Notes: generated by a model from the sequence alone, not told the origin. A stretch of 32,000 nucleotides of DNA from an uncultured archaeon (GCA_964463155.1 CAYXAY010000002.1:1-32000), one strand, 5' to 3'; positions 1 through 8,624 are shown, counted from the first letter of the stretch. Numbers and translations: made by a program.

Positions 1-508
1 TTTCTAGTTTTTCAAAGACTGGAACAAAATAATTGTCTATTACGAAATTGAGGTTATCAATCATGTCTTTTAAGACTTTGTTGATTATCTTTTCCCATTC
101 TTTTATTTCCCTTTCTATTTCTTGTATCTTTTCTTTGTCATCGGAGTGTGTTATTACATACATTCTTAATTGAAAAACAAAATCCTTGATGTGGTCAGAT
201 AAAGACATTAATTGATATCTAAGTTTTATTGTTTTATTTGTCTTGTCATAAATAATAACATCCTTCTGCCCAACCTTATATTCTCCTGAAACAAACGGAG
301 CTATGATTTCTATAAATTTTTGTTTTATGTTTTTTAATGTGTGTTCTAAATCCGTTGGTTTTTTAATTGGCTTTTCTTTAATATCGATTGTCTTTTCAAT
401 ATTCTTTATATCCATCTCTATATTTGGAGTTCTTCTCTCAAAATGGCCTACTCTTCTTGGCCTAAAAGTCTTTTCTTCTTTGTATTTGAATGGCATAATC
501 TTTCTCAT
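1..508 (-). CDS. hypothetical protein (3' end lies beyond the window edge)
   Basis: Not in the ORF track because it runs off the window. Hand translation of the minus strand from ATG 508-506 is open down to position 2 (MRKIMPFKYKEEKTFRPRRVGHFERR...NLNFVIDNYFVPVFEKLE). Lys/Glu-rich; no family recognised. Confidence 0.5.
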   Translation of the reverse strand, partial: MRKIMPFKYKEEKTFRPRRVGHFERRTPNIEMDIKNIEKTIDIKEKPIKKPTDLEHTLKNIKQKFIEIIAPFVSGEYKVGQKDVIIYDKTNKTIKLRYQLMSLSDHIKDFVFQLRMYVITHSDDKEKIQEIEREIKEWEKIINKVLKDMIDNLNFVIDNYFVPVFEKLE

Positions 509-511
509 TTA

Positions 512-583
512 AGCCCCTGATGGGAATTGGACCCACAACCTTTTGCTTACGAAGCAAATGCTCTACCATTGAGCTACAGAGGC
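512..583 (-). tRNA. tRNA-Thr (anticodon CGU)
   Basis: Hand-folded 72-nt cloverleaf. Acceptor GCCTCTG/CAGGGGC; D arm GCTC-AATGGTA-GAGC; anticodon arm TTTGC-TTCGTAA-GCAAA; T arm GTGGG-TCCAATT-CCCAT; discriminator T. No intron and no encoded CCA. Confidence 0.9.
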
Positions 584-595
584 GTTTGTGGGGAA

Positions 596-2110
596 TTATT
601 TTATTTTTGAAAACTTTGTTTTACTATAGTAGAGCTTTTCAAGAAGCTTACCTAAAGACTTGATTGTAATCCTCTTTTGTTCTTGACTGTCTCTGTCTCT
701 TATCGTTACTGTTTGTTTTTCTAAAGTCTCGTAATCGATTGTTAAACAATAATTACAACCGATTTCGTCAAGACGAGCATATCTCTTACCAATTGAACCG
801 ACTTCGTCATAAAATATTTCATATTTTTTGTACTCATCTTTAAGAACATTAAAGATTTCATTTGCCTTCTCTGCTAGGCCATCCTTTTTCATTAATGGAA
901 GGATTGCTACAAAGTATGGAGCAACTCTAGGATTAAGATGTAAGAAGTTTCTTTCTTCTTCGTTTATGGTTTTTGTTTCAAAGGAGTTTTCTAACAAGAC
1001 ATAGAAAAGTCTGCCAAGGCCAATTGAACAAACCTCAAGGACATGTGGCTGTATTTTTTTGCCTTCTTCTGAGACAGACAAGTCTTTTTTTGAACCTTTG
1101 CCATGTGCCAAAAGATCATAATCCGTTCTATAGTTGATACAGAATAGTTCTATCCATTCTTTTTCTGACTTTATTTCACAATCAAAGGTTTGCTTTGAGT
1201 AAAATGCGCTGTCGTTATCTGCAAGCTCTCTAAACCTAATGTTTTCACGAGAAAAGCCTAAGTCTTCTAAGAACTTTTGAGTGATGTAAAGGGCATAAGT
1301 GATGAGATTACCACAAGTGATTTTCTTTTCAGTAATCTTTGTAATATTATAGTCTTTTTCTTCCTTATCTTTTAATAATTTAAACCTAATTTTGTATTTT
1401 GAGATTGATTCGAATGGTATTGGAGTCTCATTAATTTTGTCTGGATCAAAAAACATCTCTGTTTCTAGTTGCTCAAACTCCCTGCATCTTAAAAGACCGT
1501 TTCTTGGAGAAATCTCGTTTCTGTAAACGCTTCCGTGTTGAGAGATTGTTAATGGTAATGTTTGTCTTGATGTCTTGTAGATTCTTAAAAAATCAATAAA
1601 TATTGACTGGCATGTTTCACCTCTTAGATAACCAAGGTTACCAGAAACTGCTCCAACATTTATACTTGACATTAAATTAAATTTCTTAATATCAACAATA
1701 TTTCCTTTACATTTTGAGCAGACAATATTGTTTTGATTTATTAAATTTTGATAATCCTCAATTGAAAGGTTTTCGGGAACATCTTTTTGAGTGGCTTCTG
1801 AGATTAATCTGTCAAGGCGATATACTGTTTTACATTTGTCACAAGTCGCTATTGGGTCATTGAAGTTTTTTAGATGGCCAGAAGCTTGAAAAACTGCTTC
1901 TGGAAGGATAATTGAACCAGATATTTCAAGGAAATTATTCTTTCTTACAAACTCTTCTCTCCAGAAATTGATTAGGTTTATTCTTATTCTGTTACCAATT
2001 GGTCCATACTCATAGAACCCCGCAAAGTTATTAGCATAAATCTCAGATGACGGAAAATAAAGAGACCTTATAGCACAAAACTCATTGAATTTTTCAAGAC
2101 GCGTAGCCAT
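596..2110 (-). CDS. glyS: glycyl-tRNA synthetase, archaeal/eukaryotic-type class II
   Basis: The product is recognisable throughout as eukaryote-like GlyRS (FAGFYEYGPIGNRIR, GYLRGETCQSIF, RNEISPRNGLLRCREFEQLE, C-terminal anticodon-binding domain). The track ORF starts at GTG 2119; ATG at 2110 (MATRLEKF...) is the more likely start. Confidence 0.95.
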   Translation of the reverse strand: MATRLEKFNEFCAIRSLYFPSSEIYANNFAGFYEYGPIGNRIRINLINFWREEFVRKNNFLEISGSIILPEAVFQASGHLKNFNDPIATCDKCKTVYRLDRLISEATQKDVPENLSIEDYQNLINQNNIVCSKCKGNIVDIKKFNLMSSINVGAVSGNLGYLRGETCQSIFIDFLRIYKTSRQTLPLTISQHGSVYRNEISPRNGLLRCREFEQLETEMFFDPDKINETPIPFESISKYKIRFKLLKDKEEKDYNITKITEKKITCGNLITYALYITQKFLEDLGFSRENIRFRELADNDSAFYSKQTFDCEIKSEKEWIELFCINYRTDYDLLAHGKGSKKDLSVSEEGKKIQPHVLEVCSIGLGRLFYVLLENSFETKTINEEERNFLHLNPRVAPYFVAILPLMKKDGLAEKANEIFNVLKDEYKKYEIFYDEVGSIGKRYARLDEIGCNYCLTIDYETLEKQTVTIRDRDSQEQKRITIKSLGKLLEKLYYSKTKFSKIK

Positions 2111-2216
2111 GTTTTTCACTATTTCATATTATAAACATTTTGTTTTCTATTATATTATATAGTAATAGAATAAAAACATATTTAAAAATGGCTTTTTTCT
2201 ATTTATAGAGTAACGG

Positions 2217-2246
2217 TTTCTTTCCAGAGGGTTTCTTGGAAAGAAA
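2217..2246. repeat. perfect 10-bp inverted repeat (TTTCTTTCCA / TGGAAAGAAA) with a 10-nt spacer
   Basis: Read directly from the sequence. It ends 7 nt upstream of the tRNA-Leu 5' end and lies downstream of a TATA-like ATTTATAG at 2201-2208. Confidence 0.6.
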
Positions 2247-2253
2247 GGCTCGC

Positions 2254-2335
2254 GCAGGGGTTCCCGAGCGGTCAAAGGGGCATGGCTTAGGACCATGTGC
2301 TTAGTGCTTCGCAGGTTCGAATCCTGCCCTCTGCA
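2254..2335 (+). tRNA. tRNA-Leu (anticodon UAG), class II with long variable arm
   Basis: Hand fold of 82 nt. Acceptor GCAGGGG/CCTCTGC; 3-bp D stem CCC/GGG with an 11-nt loop; anticodon arm CATGG-CTTAGGA-CCATG; 13-nt variable arm; T arm GCAGG-TTCGAAT-CCTGC; discriminator A. Followed by a T5 run. Confidence 0.9.
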
Positions 2336-2336
2336 C

Positions 2337-2341
2337 TTTTT
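2337..2341 (+). terminator. oligo-T tract directly after tRNA-Leu
   Basis: TTTTT begins 2 nt after the tRNA 3' end. Archaeal terminators are typically short T runs. It overlaps the stop codon of the convergent ogg gene. Confidence 0.35.
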
Positions 2342-2966
2342 ATTTATAGATAGTTCCTGTTTCTAAATACCACAAATAAAGATCAAGCTCGCCAAGAGTT
2401 AACTTAGATTCTTTTGAGAGAACTAGAAGCTTTTTTTCTATTGCTAAATAATTTTCTTTATTTAGATTTTTTGGTTTCTTGATAATTTTATTGTCCACAA
2501 GAATATTAACTATATGAAAATCAATAATTGCGTAGTCAAAGAATCCGATATTTCTAAGAAAATGACTAGACTCCTTAAAGCCAAGACCTTTTATGTTTTT
2601 TACTAACCATTCTCGTCTTTCAAGATTGTCTTTAATTGAAAATATCTTGTCTCTAATGTCATCTTTGTGAGCCTGAGCAAGTGAAATAAAATGAGCGCGT
2701 GTGTTTGGAAAGCGATGACCATTAGCCTTTAGAAGCTTTGATAATTGAGATTCTGTTCCTGAAAGAAAAAGATTACCACCACTTTTCTGAATCTCAACAG
2801 CACGCATAGCGTTGAAGTTTGCAGTCATAAGACAAAAGCAAAGTTCTTTGAAAATCTCCTGATTGTTTTTCTTTTGAAAAGAAGAAAAAGATTGCTTCTT
2901 TCTCTCTATCGTCTTACCAAGAGCTGATTTTTTCAAAGAATTTATCTTAGAAATAAGTTGATTCAT
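2340..2966 (-). CDS. ogg: N-glycosylase/DNA lyase (archaeal Ogg2-type 8-oxoguanine glycosylase, HhH-GPD)
   Basis: ELCFCLMTANFNAMRAVE and IKGLGFKESSHFLRNIGFFDYAIIDFHI are typical of archaeal Ogg. The track ORF starts at TTG 3020 and overlaps dfx. ATG at 2966 (MNQLISK...) gives about 208 aa, matching my recollection of roughly 207 aa for MJ0724 Ogg. Confidence 0.8.
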   Translation of the reverse strand: MNQLISKINSLKKSALGKTIERKKQSFSSFQKKNNQEIFKELCFCLMTANFNAMRAVEIQKSGGNLFLSGTESQLSKLLKANGHRFPNTRAHFISLAQAHKDDIRDKIFSIKDNLERREWLVKNIKGLGFKESSHFLRNIGFFDYAIIDFHIVNILVDNKIIKKPKNLNKENYLAIEKKLLVLSKESKLTLGELDLYLWYLETGTIYK

Positions 2967-3007
2967 TGCTGTCCAAGAAATTGTGTTTTTGAAGAAAAGA
3001 AGTCTAT

Positions 3008-3382
3008 TTATGACTTCCAAACTCCATGTGTGTTACATAAACATCTTGCACTTATCTTGTAGCCATTCCCTTTAAACTCAGCTACTGGCTCACCTCCTGG
3101 ATTTAGTTTTTTAACATAGACTGAACCATCAATGTTGACTTCGATCCACTTGATGTGGTGATTAGCAGTCATTGGGTGTGGAATTCCCCCTACTCTAACA
3201 ACAACACTTTCACTGGTTTTTTCAATAATTGGAATGTGCTTTTCCTTTAATTGTTCTTCGCTTGTGTCGTGGTGAAGTTCCATGTTTTGTCCACAACAAA
3301 CAAGTGTGCCACCGCCCGCATCAATTACTTCAACAACATTTCCACATATTGAACACCTATATATTTCTCCTTTTTTTACCAT
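3008..3382 (-). CDS. dfx: desulfoferrodoxin (2Fe superoxide reductase)
   Basis: N-terminal desulforedoxin-like CSIC...CC. C-terminal neelaredoxin site with His ligands (HIPII, HPMTANHH) and CNTHG. GGGGGT Shine-Dalgarno 8 nt before the ATG. Confidence 0.9.
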   Translation of the reverse strand: MVKKGEIYRCSICGNVVEVIDAGGGTLVCCGQNMELHHDTSEEQLKEKHIPIIEKTSESVVVRVGGIPHPMTANHHIKWIEVNIDGSVYVKKLNPGGEPVAEFKGNGYKISARCLCNTHGVWKS

Positions 3383-3396
3383 CTATCTCTACCCCC

Positions 3397-3999
3397 TTAA
3401 TAATTCTCATTTCGCATTCTAAAATACTCTGACGGATGCCCGCATGATGGACAAACTTTGGGTGGTTCTTTTCCTTTGTGCATATATCCACACTTACTAC
3501 AAATCCAAACAACTTCTTTTTTTTTCTTTAGAAGAGTCTTTCCTTTTAGTTCCTTTAATAGTTTCTTGTATCTTTCCTCGTGATGTTTTTCTGCAACAGC
3601 AATTGCTCTTAATCTTTTTGCAATATCCTTAAACCCTTCTTTTTCTGCAACATCTGCAAACTCCGGATACATAGAAGTATATTCGTGATTTTCTCCTTCA
3701 ATTGAAGCCTTTAGATTATCTGCGGTATTCCCATAAATTGTTGGAACTTCTGCAAGAATTACAATATTTTTTGTAATATTATATTTTTTCTTTAAAGTGT
3801 TTATTAGAACAAACAATTGCTTTGCATGCTCTCTTTCTTGCTCTGCAGTTTCTAAGAATATGTCTGCTATTTGAAATAAACTTTCTTTAGTTGCGACCTT
3901 TGCATAAAAAGTGTATCTGTTTCTAGCTTGGGACTCTCCAACAAAAGCCTTTGCCAAATTATCAATTGTCTTCAAAATATCTAACCCCCTAAACCACAT
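3397..3999 (-). CDS. rbr: rubrerythrin
   Basis: Diiron ExxH motifs (EQEREH, AEKHHE) plus a C-terminal rubredoxin-like CSKCGY...CPSCGH. Alternative start TTG at 3975 has the same GGGGGT-plus-8-nt spacing as dfx and gives [11 protein letters not shown]... Confidence 0.9.
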   Translation of the reverse strand: MWFRGLDILKTIDNLAKAFVGESQARNRYTFYAKVATKESLFQIADIFLETAEQEREHAKQLFVLINTLKKKYNITKNIVILAEVPTIYGNTADNLKASIEGENHEYTSMYPEFADVAEKEGFKDIAKRLRAIAVAEKHHEERYKKLLKELKGKTLLKKKKEVVWICSKCGYMHKGKEPPKVCPSCGHPSEYFRMRNENY

Positions 4000-4082
4000 A
4001 TTTATAAATATATATTAAACCAAAAACATTAAATAGGGTATTATATTATATTTATATTAGTTTACTAATAAATAGAGAAAAT

Positions 4083-4913
4083 ATGACTGAAAAAATAATT
4101 GATGACTTAAATCAAATTAAAGCTAAGGCAAATACTATTTATGACTCATTTGTATATCCTTTGCATAAAACTAATAAAACACAAAGAGCAGATTTTTTAA
4201 AAACACTAAAAATAAGCATTGACAGCCTTGCAAATGAATTAAGCAAACTTTCTGGTTATTCTGTTATTCAGTTCTCAAGAGAGATTGAGCCCGAAAAGGT
4301 AAGGCTGTTTCAGGAAAGGTTTTTAGATATGTCCGGAAGGATTAAACAGATATTGTTCTTTGAAGAAAAAACAGTTGAGGTAGATAATGATTTAGTAAAC
4401 ATTAAAAGAGAAATAACAACGCCAGAAATTTATTTTGAATTAGAGCAAGCAGTAAAGAATGACTTAAATAACCTAATTACATTTATTGACGGCTCCAAAA
4501 AACAAATAGAACATAAATATGCAAACCTTTCTAATCAAAAGCGATCTGTTGAGGAATTGTTAAAGATACTTGAAAAAAAGGAAAATACCATTAAAGAACT
4601 AAACAGAAAGATTGACGAATTATCTTGGATATCTGCAAAAGAAAAAACAAAAGAATCAAGGCTTGCAGGTCTTGAAGAAGACTTATTAAAAAGCTATAAG
4701 GCAAACGAACAAGACTTAACTGTTCTTAAACTTCATGTTTTACATATTGAAAAAACACTTGAAAATATCTTAAGAGACTCAAGACTTTTAGTTCAAGATA
4801 TAAATCATCTTGAAGCACAAAACATACTAAAAGAACAGACCTCTCTAGAGCTAATAAAAGAACTTAAAAAAGAATTGCTTGCAAGCAAATACAACTTGCA
4901 AAATAAAAAGTGA
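4083..4913 (+). CDS. soluble coiled-coil protein, first gene of the ATPase-associated surface locus
   Basis: 276-aa ORF, Lys/Glu/Leu-rich with heptad-like character, no TM segment. Its stop overlaps the next ORF. No family recognised. Confidence 0.65.
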   Translation: MTEKIIDDLNQIKAKANTIYDSFVYPLHKTNKTQRADFLKTLKISIDSLANELSKLSGYSVIQFSREIEPEKVRLFQERFLDMSGRIKQILFFEEKTVEVDNDLVNIKREITTPEIYFELEQAVKNDLNNLITFIDGSKKQIEHKYANLSNQKRSVEELLKILEKKENTIKELNRKIDELSWISAKEKTKESRLAGLEEDLLKSYKANEQDLTVLKLHVLHIEKTLENILRDSRLLVQDINHLEAQNILKEQTSLELIKELKKELLASKYNLQNKK

Positions 4914-4918
4914 TTACT

Positions 4919-6427
4919 ATGGCTGATTTTGACCCATTCTCTGGTGGACACGATTTCTATAAAGATTCCGAAGAAAAAACAAAAAAACCAAGCAACATAA
5001 AAACAACCGAGTTGATTAAAAAAACAATAACTACGGTAATCATTCTTGGAATTGTTGCTATTGTTGTGTATTTCTTATTTTTTAATACTAGAGATATAAG
5101 TTTTGATGTTACTGATAGAGAAGGGAGAAAAATTTCTACTCAAATAGAGATAAGAGAAACAAAAGGCACAAAGAGCCTAAGAATTTCATCAAATGAAAGC
5201 ATAAAATTAAATAAATCAAAAAAATACACTTATAGCGTTAATGCAAGTGGCTATTCCGCAATCAAAGCAGTCCCTATTGATTTTGATAATCCAGAGATTA
5301 AAATAGTCCTTATGAAAAACATAGCGCTGGCAATCAACAGCATTACTTGCCCGGCGCAGGTGTTTTTGGGGCAAAATGCAAAATGCGAACTACAGTTACA
5401 GAACAATAGCCCTAGCCAAGATTATAATTTAGATAATTTGACATTTGAAGCAGATGTAAAAGACTGGCCAGACATCAAGCACAAAACATTTGTTTATGTG
5501 GACAGTTTTAGAGAAGAACTTACAAACGATAGAAAAATAATTCTTGCTGGAAGAAACACCTCAGTCTTTGTTACTTTTGATGTTCCAACAGACAAGAAAT
5601 ATCTTGGAAATAAAAAGATTAGAGCAAGAGTAATTTACACAGATGTAAATAAAGACACAAACTTCAATATTCTCGAAACACCAACTATTAATTTTACTTC
5701 TGATATTTCAAGTCGCAGTAAAATGATAAGCGGGGAAACGATTTCCAAGAAATATACAATTGATAATACAAAAAACAAAACAGACATAAGCGATTTAGAG
5801 TTGTCTATTGTTGCTGATTACCAGCCAAACGATTCAAATATCACGTTTAATTTTAATTCTGATAAAGTGTTTGAACTTGATTATATTTTTATAACTGTTA
5901 ACAAGTCATCCACAAAAACAGGACTAATAACAATCAAATTGCCAAACAACATAAGAGCAGGAAAAATAGAAGGGAAATTATCTTTGAATAGCTCTATGTT
6001 TCCTAAAGCAAAAGATATTAATTTCTCAATAACTGTTGAAGAGCCACCAAATCTTTTTGAAATTAATCTTAGCAAAAGTTCTGAAAACCTAACTTATGAT
6101 TCCAACACCAATAGCACAAACACAAAAACAGTTGATGTTGTTTTTAATAACAAAAACAAGGTTGTTGTTAATATTAATGACGTTTCTGTGAAAAACTCTA
6201 CCGGAACAACAGACTGTAATAATTGGGTTGTTGTGCCTACACTTTACAATAATTATCCTTTGCAACCAAATGAAATACAGTCCGCGCCAATAATCTTAAA
6301 AGGCAATAATCTTTCAGCAACTACTGCAACAACTCCTAGATTTTGTGCAATAAAAGTGGAATATGTTCATCCATTTACTCAAGAGACGATTACGATTTTA
6401 AAAAGTTTAACAATAAATGTAGGGTAA
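4919..6427 (+). CDS. single-pass (N-in) membrane protein with large beta-sandwich-like, sequon-rich ectodomain
   Basis: ATG at 4919 (MADFDPF...); the track starts at GTG 4910. TM is ITTVIILGIVAIVVYFLFF. It has a PEGA-like segment (YTYSVNASGYSAIKAVPIDFDNPEIKIVL) and CARDB-like segments (ITCPAQVFLGQNAKCELQLQNNS...). I count about 18 N-x-S/T sequons by hand. Confidence 0.7.
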   Translation: MADFDPFSGGHDFYKDSEEKTKKPSNIKTTELIKKTITTVIILGIVAIVVYFLFFNTRDISFDVTDREGRKISTQIEIRETKGTKSLRISSNESIKLNKSKKYTYSVNASGYSAIKAVPIDFDNPEIKIVLMKNIALAINSITCPAQVFLGQNAKCELQLQNNSPSQDYNLDNLTFEADVKDWPDIKHKTFVYVDSFREELTNDRKIILAGRNTSVFVTFDVPTDKKYLGNKKIRARVIYTDVNKDTNFNILETPTINFTSDISSRSKMISGETISKKYTIDNTKNKTDISDLELSIVADYQPNDSNITFNFNSDKVFELDYIFITVNKSSTKTGLITIKLPNNIRAGKIEGKLSLNSSMFPKAKDINFSITVEEPPNLFEINLSKSSENLTYDSNTNSTNTKTVDVVFNNKNKVVVNINDVSVKNSTGTTDCNNWVVVPTLYNNYPLQPNEIQSAPIILKGNNLSATTATTPRFCAIKVEYVHPFTQETITILKSLTINVG

Positions 6428-6428
6428 T

Positions 6429-8444
6429 ATGGAGTATATAGATTGGATAATTTCAAGTGTTGTATTTATTACAGTTGTTGCATTGGTACTTTTGGTTATT
6501 TCCAATCTTTTGCCATTAACTAATAATTCCACAGATTTAATTGTTAGTGATGTAATTTATCAAAACCTTTCAAATCCAATTACTGTTTATAATGTTTCTA
6601 TGGATAATAACGATAACGAAGTTTATGGTTATTCAATAAATCTTGACAAGGCCTATGGTAGGGCTGGAAACACCTTTATTATTGATTATGATGAAAAAAC
6701 AATATATGGGACAATAACTAATACTGATAAATTTTACAATTACCAAACAAACATTAATTCCACATATGGTCTTGGCGCACTAATTGACTCAGAGGATTTT
6801 GAGGATTATAATTATGAAGATACTTTTTCTTTAATTGACGGCGCTGCTGAAATCAAATCAGGGATTTTAGAAACAAGTTCAGGAACAAAGATTCAATCTT
6901 TAAATAATTATTCTAGATACCTAGGAACAATTTCCACTGATGCTAATAATGTAATAGTATATGTCAGCTATATTGATGAAGATAATTTTTATTATTGTTC
7001 TTTTGCAAGAGGCAATGTGCAAATTTATCGGCGCATAGCTGGCGGAGAAATAGAAGAAAGAAGCTCTCCTTATCCTATTGAGAATTCATCTGAGTGGAGA
7101 AAACTATATTATGGAAATTATAAGCAAGATAATGATATTTACTTCTTTTGCGGGACAGAAAAAAATTATCTTCAAAACAATGCATCCACAAGTATTGGCG
7201 ACTTTAATCTAGACAATAGTAAGATTCTAATAGAAAGCAAAGATAACAAAACATATATTGATGATTTAAAAATCTATGATAATGTCTATGGAACTAATAT
7301 AAAACCAAGTCCTTCAATAGCATATCCTAGTCTTTCTACAAATTTAGAGGATAATGTAATTATAGTTGATTATAGACATCCGGAGATTGTTGCTACAAAT
7401 CAATTTGTGTTTACGGACAATATCACAAAGTACAATGCAGATTATATTAAGATTTATAAAAATGAAAACGGGCTTACAAAAGCAGTTTTCTTCCCTCATG
7501 CAAAGGAATTTTGGGCAAACATCTATGCGGATAAACCAATAGATATTTACCTTGAATCATCAAATCTTTATAACTTTAAATCACCTAATTTGTCAGGTGT
7601 GTTTAAAAATGAAGGATTAGATAGCTTTGGGAAATATAGAATTCCTTTTACTTTTATTCCTAATAAAAATTATATTGATGATGATGTGGTTTCCTTTAAT
7701 GTAAATTTTAATCTGGCATTTTCTGAAATCTCTGATATTTCAGAAGGCAAGCCCGAAACACCAAAATTGGTTTCATATACCAAAGATCACGGGTTTAAAG
7801 AGATAATGGATTTTAATTTGTACTTTAATTCAGATACCAATCAAGCACATGTGCTTTCTAAATTTCCCACGAGCGATAATGAAAACAACCCAATTTACTT
7901 GTTTATAATATTTAATAATTACAGTATCAGCAATAATTTAACAAAATTGACCCAAACAATTTCTTTTCCTTATGAACAACACACTGCGCAATCAAATACT
8001 AGCGCAATGACTTTTTATAATAATCAAATATATCTTTATAATTTTTATAATTCTAAACATCCGATTCTAAAACAAACAATAATGCTAAACTTGTTTGATA
8101 AAAACGGGCTAATTGACAATAATTGTAATTTTGAAATTACTTCTAATATTACCATTAGATGTAACTCAGATGCTTTGCTTAAAGTAAGATACCGGTTTGA
8201 TATTCCAGAAAATGTTAATCTTAATTATCCTAAATTAACAATAACTAAAACAAAGGAACAAATAATTCCACAGGATGTTTTTGAAAACCTATCCGGTGAT
8301 TCTTTCTATGCTAGAATTCTAAACAAGACATTAGATGTTAACTTCAATCGCGGAGTCAATCCTCCATATAAGAACAATACAAAATTCCTTTACAATAACG
8401 GCTTATTAGAAAATGCAACAATCTTTATTAAACCAATCAATTAG
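6429..8444 (+). CDS. membrane-anchored Asn-rich surface protein with a concanavalin-A/LamG-like lectin domain
   Basis: 671 aa with N-terminal hydrophobic anchor WIISSVVFITVVALVLLVISNLL. Residues about 120-285 follow the LamG/DUF1080-like pattern (DEDNFYYCSFARGNVQIYRRIAGGE...SEWRKLYYGN...IYFFCG...KTYIDDLKIYD). About 19 N-x-S/T sequons by hand count. Confidence 0.7.
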   Translation: MEYIDWIISSVVFITVVALVLLVISNLLPLTNNSTDLIVSDVIYQNLSNPITVYNVSMDNNDNEVYGYSINLDKAYGRAGNTFIIDYDEKTIYGTITNTDKFYNYQTNINSTYGLGALIDSEDFEDYNYEDTFSLIDGAAEIKSGILETSSGTKIQSLNNYSRYLGTISTDANNVIVYVSYIDEDNFYYCSFARGNVQIYRRIAGGEIEERSSPYPIENSSEWRKLYYGNYKQDNDIYFFCGTEKNYLQNNASTSIGDFNLDNSKILIESKDNKTYIDDLKIYDNVYGTNIKPSPSIAYPSLSTNLEDNVIIVDYRHPEIVATNQFVFTDNITKYNADYIKIYKNENGLTKAVFFPHAKEFWANIYADKPIDIYLESSNLYNFKSPNLSGVFKNEGLDSFGKYRIPFTFIPNKNYIDDDVVSFNVNFNLAFSEISDISEGKPETPKLVSYTKDHGFKEIMDFNLYFNSDTNQAHVLSKFPTSDNENNPIYLFIIFNNYSISNNLTKLTQTISFPYEQHTAQSNTSAMTFYNNQIYLYNFYNSKHPILKQTIMLNLFDKNGLIDNNCNFEITSNITIRCNSDALLKVRYRFDIPENVNLNYPKLTITKTKEQIIPQDVFENLSGDSFYARILNKTLDVNFNRGVNPPYKNNTKFLYNNGLLENATIFIKPIN

Positions 8445-8453
8445 AGTTATAAC

Positions 8454-8624
8454 CTATAACCCAAATACCATTCTAAGAATAAGAACCAATATGGCTATCC
8501 CAAGCGCTAGACCAATTACTGTTTCTGGAGATAATTGTGGGCCTCCTGAAGTTTCCTTAAATTTCATTATGCCTATAGCTGAACTTGGACCCTGATTTGT
8601 GTTTTTTATATAATTCATCTTCAT
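8454..8624 (-). CDS. secG: preprotein translocase subunit Sec61-beta (archaeal SecG)
   Basis: Below the ORF-track size cut-off. Hand translation gives MKMNYIKNTNQGPSSAIGIMKFKETSGGPQLSPETVIGLALGIAILVLILRMVFGL*. This matches the archaeal Sec61-beta pattern (SAGL.R...I.P..VIG plus a C-terminal TM). The start may be 8618. Confidence 0.75.
   Translation of the reverse strand: MKMNYIKNTNQGPSSAIGIMKFKETSGGPQLSPETVIGLALGIAILVLILRMVFGL

Noticed and set aside
303-512. 69-aa plus-strand hydrophobic ORF
   Set aside because: It is antisense to the longer edge-truncated minus-strand ORF and touches the 3' end (position 512) of tRNA-Thr. Its hydrophobicity is what T-rich antisense frames usually produce.
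8413-8595. 60-aa plus-strand ORF overlapping the end of the 671-aa gene
   Set aside because: It is antisense to the Sec61-beta gene (8454-8624), which has a recognisable family signature. The plus-strand product has none.
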